Shown here piece after piece: positions 9,300 through 19,100 of a stretch of DNA of 64,000 nucleotides (its first letter is position 1; every line of letters begins with the position of its first letter). Source of the DNA: Vulcanimicrobiota bacterium. GTDB lineage: Bacteria; Vulcanimicrobiota; Vulcanimicrobiia; Vulcanimicrobiales; Vulcanimicrobiaceae. Position numbers and translations under genes: made by a program. A model generated the notes under the pieces. The model was not told the origin of the DNA and made no database searches. It worked only from the letters and a program-made list of their open reading frames with translations. Location: positions 1,018,300 through 1,082,299 of the forward strand of contig OY969429.1 of assembly GCA_963699285.1 (NCBI GenBank), written 5' to 3'.

Positions 9300-10273
9300 C
9301 GGCGCTTGTCCTCGACCCAAATCGAACCCGGCTGGGTCTTGGCGAAGCCTTTGAGCTCGGCGGCGATCTCGCCGACTTGGGCGTAGTTGGTCAAGGGCTG
9401 GCGGCTCGTAGAGACGATCGCGATCGAAAGCGAGACGATCGGAAAGCGGCGCACGGTGCCTCGGCGATCGTGCGTTTCGAGGTATCCGGCTTCAAGGTCC
9501 GCGGGCGAGTACAGCGTCCGGATCTCACGGTCGAACGTGGCGATGACGTCTTTTGCGATCGGGATTGCGATGTCGGGATCGGCGACGACGATGAAATCGT
9601 CGCCGCCGATGTGCCCGACGAAATCTTTCGAGGTTCCCAGCCGGCGGACGGCTTCGGTTGCGATTCGTGCCGTCAAGCGAATCGCTTCGTCGCCGTGCGT
9701 GAAGCCGTAGACGTCGTTGAAGGCCTTGAAATTGTCGAGGTCGAGATAGAGCACGGCGAAGGGCGAACCTTCGGCGATCCGGCGGCGCAACTCGTTCTCG
9801 ATCGCTAAGTTTCCCGGCAGCCGCGTGAGCGGCGAGAGCGAAACGTCGAGCGCGACTCGCCGGATTTTTGCGGTCACGCGCGCCAGCAATTCGAGTGGAC
9901 CGAACGGCTTGGTGATATAGTCGTCGACCCCGGTTTGGAAGGCCTTGACCTTGTCTCCCGTCTCGCCTTTCGCGGTCAGCATGATGATCGGCAGATTCGC
10001 GATCGCGGGGTTTGCGTGTGCGCGCACCCACGCCGCGACTTCGTAGCCGTCCATGTGCGGCATCATGACGTCGAGAACGACCAGATCGGGAACGACTTCC
10101 TCGAGGCGCGCGATCGCTTCGCGCCCGTCGGTCGCGGTGTCGACGACGTAACCGGCGATTTCGAGATTGGTGCAGGTGATCTTACGAATGTTGCGGTCGT
10201 CGTCGACGACGAGGATGCGCTCTTTATGGCGCTCGGTGCCGTTGTTGCCCGCGCCGAGCGGATACGTAGCCAT
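9296..10273 (-). CDS. response regulator with GGDEF-type output domain (signature reads GGDDF)
   Basis: REC: ILVVDDD..DLVVLDVMMPHMDG..LTAKG..DDYITKPF. GGDEF-like: LTRLPGN..LYLDLDNFKAFNDVYGFTHGD..GHIGGDDFIVV. ATG 10273 is preferred over TTG 10282. Confidence 0.8.
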   Translation of the reverse strand: MATYPLGAGNNGTERHKERILVVDDDRNIRKITCTNLEIAGYVVDTATDGREAIARLEEVVPDLVVLDVMMPHMDGYEVAAWVRAHANPAIANLPIIMLTAKGETGDKVKAFQTGVDDYITKPFGPLELLARVTAKIRRVALDVSLSPLTRLPGNLAIENELRRRIAEGSPFAVLYLDLDNFKAFNDVYGFTHGDEAIRLTARIATEAVRRLGTSKDFVGHIGGDDFIVVADPDIAIPIAKDVIATFDREIRTLYSPADLEAGYLETHDRRGTVRRFPIVSLSIAIVSTSRQPLTNYAQVGEIAAELKGFAKTQPGSIWVEDKRR

Positions 10274-10282
10274 CGACGGCAA

Positions 10283-11164
10283 TTACGTGCGCAAGTGACG
10301 GCCGACAGAAATCCACGATGCCAGGATTCCGATCGCTCCGCCAACCGCGAGCAGCTCGAGGGCCAAACGTAGTGGGTCGACCGATGCCGAGTTCAACGGC
10401 ATCCAGGGAAGCGCTTCGAGCATCCGCGGCCAAAGCGTCACGCGCGCGATCCACAGAATGCCGATCGCAACCAGGCCACCCAGAATTCCGCCCAGCGCGC
10501 CCTCGCAGATGAACGGCATCCGGATGTACATGTTGGTCGCGCCAACCAGCTGCATGATGGCGATCTCGCGCCGGCGTGCGAACACGGTGAGCCGGATCGT
10601 GTTCGATATGATGATCGAGGCGACGATTAGGAACACCAAGATCGCGCCCAGCCCGACGCGGCGCAGCACGGCGCCCAAGCTCAGCAAACGCTGTACGTAA
10701 TCTTGTCCGTAAACGACGTTCCCGACCCCCGCGAACCCGCGCGCCCACACGGCGACGGCGGTCACGTTGTCGGGATCGCGCACCTTTACGCGGAACTTGT
10801 CGGGGAGCGGGTTTTCGGTAAGGAGCGCCGTGTCGATCTCGCCCTTGGTGCGCGCGCGCAGCTCCACCAAACCTTGTTTTTTCGGGACGTACTCTACCGA
10901 CAAGATGCGCGGATCTTTGACGAGCGCGGAACGTATCGCGGCGGTTTGAGCCGCCGTTGCGTCGGGTTTGAGATAGATCGAGACCTCGATCTGGTCCAGC
11001 AGCTGTCCGCCTAGCCCGGCCAAAGCCGTGCGGACGAACAAGAAGGAACCTAGGAGGACGATCGTTATCGCGACCGTTCCGATCGCGGTCGCCTGCATGC
11101 CGGCGTTGCGCGTGAAATTGCGCAACACCTCACCCAGAAAGAACTTGACCTTGCCCCAGTCCAA
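10283..11164 (-). CDS. ftsX: cell-division ABC transporter permease FtsX
   Basis: 293 aa. N-terminus KFFLGEVLRNFTRNAGM, four TM segments around a large extracytoplasmic loop, directly downstream of ftsE. TTG start. Confidence 0.8.
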   Translation of the reverse strand: MDWGKVKFFLGEVLRNFTRNAGMQATAIGTVAITIVLLGSFLFVRTALAGLGGQLLDQIEVSIYLKPDATAAQTAAIRSALVKDPRILSVEYVPKKQGLVELRARTKGEIDTALLTENPLPDKFRVKVRDPDNVTAVAVWARGFAGVGNVVYGQDYVQRLLSLGAVLRRVGLGAILVFLIVASIIISNTIRLTVFARRREIAIMQLVGATNMYIRMPFICEGALGGILGGLVAIGILWIARVTLWPRMLEALPWMPLNSASVDPLRLALELLAVGGAIGILASWISVGRHLRT

Positions 11165-11840
11165 GATAGTAGTAACCCCGTTCCTCGTCCGTAACGATTT
11201 TGCCGTTTTCCAGCCGCACGACGCGGCGCCGCATGCGGTCCACGACCGCCTGGTTATGCGTGGCGACGACGACCGTCGTGCCCTTCATGTTGATCCGGAG
11301 CAGAAGTTCCATGATTTCGGTGGTGTTGGCCGGGTCGAGGTTTCCCGTCGGCTCGTCGCAGAGCAACAGCTTGGGATTGTTGACCAGCGCGCGCGCGATC
11401 GCCGCGCGCTGCTGCTCGCCGCCGGACAGCTCGCCCGGATACATCCGGCTCTTGTGCGCGAGCCCCACGAGATCGAGCGTGCGCGGCACCTGCCGCATCA
11501 CGTCGCGCGACGAAGCCCCGGTCACTTGCATCGCAAACGCGACGTTTTCCCACACCGTCTTGTCGGAGAGCAGCTTGTAATCTTGGAACACCACGCCGAG
11601 ATGGCGGCGCAGCGCGGGCACGCGCGAACGCTTGAGCGCGTCTACGCGAATGCCGTCAACGCTGATCTCGCCGGCGGTCGGTCTGGCCTCTCGATACAGA
11701 AGTCGCAGTAGACTGGATTTCCCCGTTCCCGAGTGGCCGACGAGAAAGACGAAATCGCCTTTCCCGATCTCCAGGCTCACGTGGTCGAGGGCGTGTACTC
11801 CATTGGGATACACGAGGGAGACGCCGCGCAAAGAGATCAT
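11130..11840 (-). CDS. ftsE: cell-division ATP-binding protein FtsE
   Basis: Internal ATG 11840 of ORF 11130..12086 (MISLRGVSLVYPNG..). Walker A GHSGTGKSS, signature LSGGEQQR, Walker B LLLCDEPT. Confidence 0.9.
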   Translation of the reverse strand: MISLRGVSLVYPNGVHALDHVSLEIGKGDFVFLVGHSGTGKSSLLRLLYREARPTAGEISVDGIRVDALKRSRVPALRRHLGVVFQDYKLLSDKTVWENVAFAMQVTGASSRDVMRQVPRTLDLVGLAHKSRMYPGELSGGEQQRAAIARALVNNPKLLLCDEPTGNLDPANTTEIMELLLRINMKGTTVVVATHNQAVVDRMRRRVVRLENGKIVTDEERGYYYLGLGQGQVLSG

Positions 11841-11889
11841 CGCTTGAGGAAAGGGTTTTTCCGACGACCGCGGCCTATACCTTCGGGCT

Positions 11890-13038
11890 ATGAATTTCGA
11901 TCTGACCGAGGAGCAGAGGGCCATCCAAGATCTCGCCCGCGAATTCGCGCAGCGCGAGGTCCGGCCGGCTGCCGAGGAAATGGATCGCGAAGCCGCGTTT
12001 CCGTACGGACTCGTCGCCAAGATGGCTGAACTGGGCTTTATGGGACTGCCCTTCCCCGAGGAGTACGGGGGAGCCGGTGCCGACACGGTGAGCTACGCGC
12101 TGGCCGTCATGGAAATCGCGCGCGCCGACGCATCGACGGGCATCACGCTGGCGGCCCACGTTTCGCTCGGCTCGTCGCCCTTCTACACGTTCGGAACCGA
12201 AGAGCAAAAGCGCAAGTTCCTCGTACCCCTCGCTCGCGGCGAGCGCCTGTGGGGATTCGGGCTGACCGAGCCTGAGGCCGGCAGCGACGCCGGTAACTGC
12301 CAGACCAAAGCCGTGCTGGACGGCGACGCCTGGGTCATCAACGGTACGAAGGCTTTCATCACGAACTCCGGCACCGATATCACCGCCGGCACGACGATCA
12401 CGGCCGTAACCGGAACGCGCCCCGACGGCAAGCCCGAAATCTCCAACATCATCGTTCCGCAAGACACGCCCGGCTTCTCGCATGGAAAGAAATACCGGAA
12501 GATGGGCTGGCGCGCCTCGGATACGCGCGAGCTCTCCTTCGTTGACGCGCGGGTGCCGAAGGAAAACCTGCTCGGTCCGCGCGGAGCGGGTTACAAGCAG
12601 TTCCTCAAGACGCTCGACGGCGGCCGTATCTCGGTAGCGGCCCTATCCGTCGGGCTCGCGATGGGGGCTTACGACGAAGCGCTCGCTTACGCTAAGGAGC
12701 GTCGTGCGTTCGGCAAGCCGATCAGCTCGTTCCAGGCCATCCAGTTTAAGCTGGTGGATATGCTCAGCGAGATCGAGCACGCCAAGCTGATGATGCTCAA
12801 GGCGGCTTGGGAGAAAGACAATGGACGCGATTTCGAACGGACGGCGTCCTTTGCAAAGCTCTACGCCGCCGAGGTGTCGCGCCGCGTAGTCAACGAGGCG
12901 GTGCAGATTCACGGTGGATACGGATTCATGGACGAATACCCGGTTTCGCGCATGTACCGCGACCAGAAGATCAACGAGATCGGCGAAGGGACCAACGAAG
13001 TACAGCGTTTGGTGCTCGCACGCATGATGGGGCTGTAA
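11890..13038 (+). CDS. acyl-CoA dehydrogenase (short/branched-chain type)
   Basis: 382 aa. Family-wide pattern LTEPEAGSD, ..GGRISVAA.., QIHGGYGFMDEYPVSRMYRD.KI.EIGEGT. Confidence 0.9.
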   Translation: MNFDLTEEQRAIQDLAREFAQREVRPAAEEMDREAAFPYGLVAKMAELGFMGLPFPEEYGGAGADTVSYALAVMEIARADASTGITLAAHVSLGSSPFYTFGTEEQKRKFLVPLARGERLWGFGLTEPEAGSDAGNCQTKAVLDGDAWVINGTKAFITNSGTDITAGTTITAVTGTRPDGKPEISNIIVPQDTPGFSHGKKYRKMGWRASDTRELSFVDARVPKENLLGPRGAGYKQFLKTLDGGRISVAALSVGLAMGAYDEALAYAKERRAFGKPISSFQAIQFKLVDMLSEIEHAKLMMLKAAWEKDNGRDFERTASFAKLYAAEVSRRVVNEAVQIHGGYGFMDEYPVSRMYRDQKINEIGEGTNEVQRLVLARMMGL

Positions 13039-13052
13039 AGGAGAATGCAAGG

Positions 13053-13604
13053 ATGATCGGACGAACGCTGTTGGCACTCGCCCTGGCCGCGTCGCTTACG
13101 GCGCCGGCATACGCCGCGCTCAAGGACGGCTCGAAGGCGCCGGACTTTACCCTCCAGGCTTCGCAAGCCGGGAAAGTTTTTACGTTTAACCTGGATTCCG
13201 CGCTGAAAAAAGGCCCGGTCGTGCTGTACTTCTATCCGGCCGCGTTCACGACCGGCTGCACCATCGAAGCGCACGACTTCGCCGACGCGATCGATCAGTA
13301 CAAAGCCTACGGAGCGACCGTGATCGGCGTCTCGCACGACCCCATCGACAAACTGCAGGCGTTCTCGACCTCAGAGTGCCGCGGTAAGTTCCCGGTCGCC
13401 GCCGACACCGACGAAAACGTCATCAAAGCGTACGATGCGGTCCTTACGATGGCGCCGCAGTATGCCAACCGCACGTCGTACGTGATCGCGCCCGACGGTA
13501 CGATCCTGTATTCGTACACGGATCTCCATCCCGACAAACACGTGCAGAATACGTTGGACGCCCTCAAGGCGTGGAAAGCCGCTCAACCTAGCGCGAAACC
13601 GTAA
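13053..13604 (+). CDS. secreted peroxiredoxin (AhpC/TSA/BCP family)
   Basis: Internal ATG 13053 preceded by AAGGAG (13038-13043). Signal peptide MIGRTLLALALAASLTAPAYA and peroxidatic Cys context FYPAAFTTGCTIE. Confidence 0.8.
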   Translation: MIGRTLLALALAASLTAPAYAALKDGSKAPDFTLQASQAGKVFTFNLDSALKKGPVVLYFYPAAFTTGCTIEAHDFADAIDQYKAYGATVIGVSHDPIDKLQAFSTSECRGKFPVAADTDENVIKAYDAVLTMAPQYANRTSYVIAPDGTILYSYTDLHPDKHVQNTLDALKAWKAAQPSAKP

Positions 13605-13626
13605 GGCCGCAGCGCGCTGCGCCCTG

Positions 13627-14851
13627 CTAAGCGCTGCGCGCGTCGTTGGCCGAATCGAAGAGCGCGGGCGGAGCCGCGCCTTCGCGCGTCGTCGTTGCGT
13701 CGAGCGCGGTGATGGCCTTGGGTTGCATGTCGATTCCGCCGATTTCCGGCAGCTCGTCGTCGGTATCGAGCGCGGCCTCGTCTTTGAGTTTGCGGCCCTG
13801 CGGCAGCAGGCGCGATTCGTACGAGTTCACTGCGGAATTAAAAGCGTCGACCGATCCGGCCAAGCTCTTACGTAACGCTTGCAGGTGCCGCGAGAATATT
13901 TGCGCGCGCTCGTAGAGTTCGCGTCCGATCGCCGCGATGCGCTTGGCGTTTTCTTCCTGGCGAACCGCCTGCCAGCCGAGCGCGAACGAACGTAACAGGC
14001 TGATCAAAGCGAGGGGCCCCGTAACGAGCACGCTCTTGTCGAGCGCGTACTCCATGAGCAGCGGATTCTCGCTGCAGGCGGCGCTCAAGAACGATTCGCC
14101 CGGCACGAACAGGATGACGAAGTCGGCGGAGTTGCGCGCGCTGGGATAGTTGCGTCGCGCCAGCGCATCCACGTGATCTTGCAGCGCCTTCGCGTACTGT
14201 TTGAGCAAGATTCGGCGCTCGTTCTCGTCGGGCGCTTCGAGTGCGGCCTGCATGGCGTCGATCGGCGCCTTTGCGTCGACGAAAATGCAGCGGTCGCCCG
14301 GTAAATTGACGGTCATGTCCGGACGAATGCGTCCGTCGTCGAGCGACACGGTCTGCTGCTCGCTGAAATCGCAGTGCAGCGACATGCCGGCTTTTTCCAC
14401 GACGTTGCGGCAGCTGCATCTCACCCCAGCGACCGCGGGTGGTCGGGTTGCGGAGCGCCGTGACGAGCGTGGACGTTTGCGTCGAGAGCTGCGAGGCGGC
14501 CAGTTCCAGATTTTGCGTACGGCTCATGAGGCCCGACATCGCCTCTTTCAGTTGGCCGCTGTCGAATTTGCGGTTCTTCTCGATGTCGGCGATCAGCCGG
14601 TTGAACTCGGTGAGCTGATCGTGCATCGGCTTGACCAGGTCCCCGACGCGCTCGCCCGCGCGCGCGGCCGTCGCGTCGCGCATTTCGTTCTTGGCCCGTT
14701 CGATGAGCGCTTCGATCGCCGACTCTTGCACGTGCGACCGTTCTTCCAAACGCGTCCGCAGCTCGGCGAGCCGGGTGCGCGCAAACAGCCACGTCACGAG
14801 ACTCCCGGCCGCCAGGCCGGCTAAAAGAAATTCCAGCGAGGCGGCGTTCAC
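13627..14851 (-). pseudogene. rmuC: DNA recombination protein RmuC, interrupted by an apparent 1-nt insertion near 14409-14410
   Basis: The N-terminal TM and coiled coil end in ..RGRWGEMQL, in the frame of ORF 13868..15124. The nuclease-like C-terminus (RNVVEKAGM..IFVDAKAP..FVILFVPGE) is in ORF 13627..14424. Removing one C from CTGCCGC joins them. GTG 14851 overlaps the upstream stop (GTGA). Confidence 0.75.
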
Positions 14852-15711
14852 GGCTGCGGTTGCCCGAGATGCGCGGCGACGAAAGCGAGCAGCCGCGCCC
14901 ACGCGTCCGATGCGGCGGTCGCCACGTACGCCGAGCGCTGGTCGTCGAAGAACGCGTGGCCGGCCTCGGGATAGATTTTGATGTCGTTCGGAACACTCAG
15001 CGCCGCGGCAAATGCGCGCACGCCGTCGGGTGGAATGCTGGTGTCGCGGCCACCGTAACTCCCCCACACCGGCATGTGGATCTTGGCTGGGTCCACGCCT
15101 TCGACCGCGCCGTAGAACGCGCACGTCGCAGCGAACGCCGCCGCGTTATCGATCGCTTGTAAGAGCGCGATGTGCCCGCCCATGCAAAAACCCATCACGC
15201 CGATTTTGCTCTTCGAAAATTTTCCGGCGAGCCAGGTGCGTCCGGCGAGCAAGTCCGCCGCGTTCTGTTTGTGATCCAGCTGTTTGGCGTAGGGCCGAAA
15301 GACGCTCGAGTCGCTGATGCCGTCGCCGCTGGGAGCGCCGAGGCGTGCGTACAAGTTCGGAGCGATCGCTGCGATGCCGGCTTTCGCAAGACGGCGCGCG
15401 GTATCGCGTATCGAGGTGTCCACGCCCCAGATGTGCATCGTGACGACCAGCGCGGGGACCGTTGCGGCCGCGCCCTTCGGCCAAGCCGCATACGCGTCGA
15501 TGGCGCCTCCCGGCGGCTCGAGGGTTACGTGCGCGGTCGAAATCGCCGGATCGTTCTCGGCAACGGACGGCGCGTGCGTTTGACCGAGTCCTTGCGCCAT
15601 GACGGCGGCGGTCGAAGCGGCGCTCGCGGTGGCGACGGTCGTGAGACCCAGGAACGTGCCGCGCGCGACATCGGGGCCGACCGCGGCGCTCGGATCGACG
15701 TGCTCGCTCAT
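14848..15711 (-). CDS. dienelactone hydrolase family protein
   Basis: Internal ATG 15711 of ORF 14848..15852. Nucleophile elbow GVMGFCMGG, C-terminal ..YPEAGHAFF.., and a hydrophobic export-like N-terminus. Confidence 0.75.
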   Translation of the reverse strand: MSEHVDPSAAVGPDVARGTFLGLTTVATASAASTAAVMAQGLGQTHAPSVAENDPAISTAHVTLEPPGGAIDAYAAWPKGAAATVPALVVTMHIWGVDTSIRDTARRLAKAGIAAIAPNLYARLGAPSGDGISDSSVFRPYAKQLDHKQNAADLLAGRTWLAGKFSKSKIGVMGFCMGGHIALLQAIDNAAAFAATCAFYGAVEGVDPAKIHMPVWGSYGGRDTSIPPDGVRAFAAALSVPNDIKIYPEAGHAFFDDQRSAYVATAASDAWARLLAFVAAHLGQPQP

Positions 15712-16137
15712 CAAATCCCGGTATTTGACTTTTGACGTCCGGCGACCTAGCAAATGCCGTTCTCGACAACGTGAACGGCGGCGTATAGGAGCCGCGTAAC
15801 GATCGCAATCATCGCGCACCCGGATGGCTCTCGCGCGGCCGCGCAACGACACGGACGACGCCCGTCATAGCGCAGTCGCTTCGCCGGCGCCGGCATGCCC
15901 GAGGTTCCGGTTGCTATCTCGCCGGGATTCCTCCGACTTCTCGGCCCACCCGGCGGCACGCGGATGCCCACGTTTGACCGTGGGTGGGAGATTCGAACCA
16001 CTCGGCCCCGAACGGGAGCTTCTAGGCCGCACGAGCGGACGAGTATGGTCGTTGCCACCCGCAGGCGGGCGGGGATACACTGTTCAGACTTGTAAAATCT
16101 AGTAGATACCATCCTTTCTGGAACGGAGTAAAGCGAG

Positions 16138-19100
16138 TTGGCGGACACGATGGTCACGGTGACGCTGCCCGAGATGGGCGAGTCGGTCACCGAAGGCTCC
16201 ATCGTCGAGTGGCGTAAGCACGTCGGCGACAGCGTCGCCGAGGGCGACCCGCTGGTCGAGGTTACCACCGACAAGGTCGACGTCGAGGTTCCGGCCACGG
16301 CGACCGGCGTAATCGCGCACATCCTGGCAGACGAAGGCGCCACCGTCGCGGTCGGCGCGGTGATCGCGCAAATCGACACGTCTGCCGTACTCGCGTCAGG
16401 CAACGGGGCGGCTGCTAAGGCCGTTCCACCTAACGGTGCCGTCGAACCGCATCCCGTAGCCGTCGTTCTTCCGGAGATGGGGGAATCGGTCACCGAAGGC
16501 ACGGTCGTCGAATTCCGCAAGAAACCCGGCGACCGCGTGCGTGAAGGCGAAACGATCGTCGAGATCACCACCGACAAGGTGGACGTCGAAGTGCCCGCGC
16601 CGGCCGACGGCGTGGTCACGAAGATTTTGGTCAAAGAGGGCGACGTCGTTGCGGTCGGCGCGCAACTTGCCGAAATCGACGCGGCTGCCGGCGCGACTGC
16701 GCCCGCGCAAACCACGCCAAGGCCCGCACCGTCGTCCGTCCCGGCGACTGCGCCGGCGCGCACCGGCGGCGAAGAATCGCTCGCATCGCCGCAGGCGCGG
16801 CGTGCCGCGCGCACACTCGATCTCGACGTCGCTGCGATTCGCGGTTCGGGTCCGTCGGGATTGATCTTGCGTTCCGACGTGCTCGCGCAGGCCTCGACGG
16901 CGAAGCGCCGCGCTCCCGCAGCTGCTCCCCAAGCAAACGTCGCGCCGATTCCGGCGGGCGCGCGCGTCACGCAGCTCAAAGGACCGGCCGCGACGCTTGC
17001 GGCTTACATGGAGCAGAGCTTAACGATCCCGACCGCTACGAGTTTTCGCACGCTCGGCGTCGACGTACTCGACGCGCGGCGCGCGGAGCTCAACGCGGCC
17101 ATCAAAGCGGCCGGACGCCCCGAAAAAATCTCGTTTACGCATCTGATCGCGTACGCGCTGGTTCGCGCGGCCGAAGAGATGCCCGCGATCGCGGCGAGCT
17201 TCAGGCGCGACGAGAACGGCGCTCCGCAGCGCATCGAGGCCGGCGTACATCTGGGTCTGGCGGTGGACACCGAGCGCAAGGACGGGACGCGCTTTTTGGT
17301 CGTGCCCGTCATCAAGGGCGCCGGTGCGCTCGACTTCGCCCACTTTCGCGCCGCCTACGAAGAGCTCGTCGGAAAAGCGCGCGACAACAAGCTGACGGCC
17401 GACGATCTCCAAGGCGCGACGCTCACGCTCACCAATCCCGGCGGCCTCGGCACGGTCGCCAGCGTTCCCCGCTTGACGGCCGGTGGAGCTATCGTCGCGA
17501 CCGGCGCGATCGGCTATCCGCCCGGGTTTGCAAGCGCGGACGCGCAAGCGTTGAGGTCGCTCGGCGTTTCCAAGGTGATGCAGGTGACCAGCACTTACGA
17601 TCACCGCGTCGTGCAAGGCGCGCAGTCCGGCGAATACCTGCGCCGCGTCGACGAATTGCTCCAGGGGCGGGCGGAATTTTACGAACAAGTCTTCACCTCG
17701 CTCGGTCTCGAAGCGGCGCCGTCGCCACAGCTCGACGGGGCGGCGGCTGCGCCGGTTTCTCGCCCTGCCGCGGCCGCATTTGCGGCGCCGGCCGACGAGA
17801 TCTTGCGCGCCGTCGGCGCCGGCATGGCGCTGGTTTCGGCCTATCGCACGCACGGCCACCTGGCGGCCAATCTCGATCCGCTAGGGTCGCACGCGCCCAG
17901 CGACTCCAAGCTCGATCCGGCGACGTACGGCCTGACGCCGGCCCTGCAAAGCGCGATTCCGGCGTCGGTCCTCGACGTCAAAGTCGGCGGCAAAACGCTG
18001 GCCGACGTGTTGCCGAAACTGCGCGACATCTACAGTTCGACCATCGCCTACGAGGTCGAGCACATCTCCAACACCGAGCAGCGCCGCTGGCTGCGCGAGT
18101 ACATCGAGACCGGCAAGCACAACGTCTCTCTTTCGCGAGAACGGCAGATCGACGTCCTACAGCGTCTTACTCGCGTCGAGGCGTTCGAACGTTATCTGCG
18201 CAAGGCGTTCCTCGGCCAGAAGACGTTCTCGGTCGAAGGCCTCGACGTTATGATTCCGATGCTCGAAGAAGTGCTGCGGATGTTGATCGCCGACGGCACG
18301 CCGAACGCCGTCATCGGCATGGCGCATCGCGGCCGCCTCAACGTCATCGCACACGTCGTGAACGCACCGTACGGCGAGATCCTCGAGGAGTTCGAAGCGG
18401 CGCACCGGCGCGGCGAAACCGGCGGTGACGACGACGTAACCGGCGACGTCAAGTACCATCACGGCGCGACCGGCGTCTATTCGGCGCCCAACGGTAAGTC
18501 GATCGCCGTCACGCTCGCGCACAACCCGAGCCACCTCGAGGCCGTCGACCCGGTCGTGGAAGGTCAGACCCGCGCGCTGCAGACCGATCGCGCGCGCAGC
18601 GTTCCGTCGGTCGACGCGCGCAAAGCCGCGCCCATCCTGATTCACGGCGACGCGGCCTTCACCGGTCAGGGCATCATCTCCGAAGTCTTCAACTTACAAT
18701 CGCTCCCCGGCTATGCCACCGGTGGCACGCTTCATCTCATCGCAAACAACCAGGTCGGCTTTACGACCGACGTTCGCGACTCGCGCTCGACCCGTTACGC
18801 GTCCGACCTTGCCAAGGGCTTCGACGTGCCGATCGTGCACGTCAACGCCGACGACGTGGAGGCGTGCATCGCCGCCGTGCATCTGGCCGTGGATTTCCGC
18901 CGTCGTTTCGATCGCGACGTTCTTATCGACTTGGTCGGTTACCGGCGCTCGGGACACAACGAACAAGACGAGCCCGCGTACACGCAGCCGTTGATGTACG
19001 ATAAAATCAAGGCGCATCCGACCGCGCGCGAGCTCTTTGCCAACAAGCTGGTCGCTCAAGGCGTCGTGACCGCGGACCAGGCCAACGCGATGGTCGAACA

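Noticed and set aside
13605-13626. Palindrome GCAGCGCGCTGC between the convergent peroxiredoxin and rmuC genes as a bidirectional terminator.
   Set aside because: The stem would be only ~4 bp once a loop is allowed, and there is no T-tract. The evidence is too weak to call.
15975-16005. Possible tRNA, tmRNA or SRP RNA suggested by GGTTCGAATC on the minus strand.
   Set aside because: I could not build a T-stem, acceptor stem or anticodon arm around it. There is no CCA-proximal acceptor pairing, no tmRNA tag frame ending in ..ALAA, and no SRP GGAAGCAGC motif. It is kept only as part of the unexplained-spacer finding.
16150-16690. Direct DNA repeat (~230 bp units) at the start of the OGDH gene as a tandem or mobile repeat.
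   Set aside because: It is the in-frame duplication of the lipoyl domain. It is diverged at the nucleotide level, so it is a protein-domain duplication and not a repeat element.
15747-16979. 410-aa ORF on the minus strand overlapping the 5' end of the OGDH fusion gene and the upstream spacer.
   Set aside because: The translation is low-complexity and Ala/Ser/Thr/Arg/Gly-rich. It is antisense to a gene with unambiguous lipoyl/E2 motifs. It is the typical long antisense ORF of GC-rich DNA.
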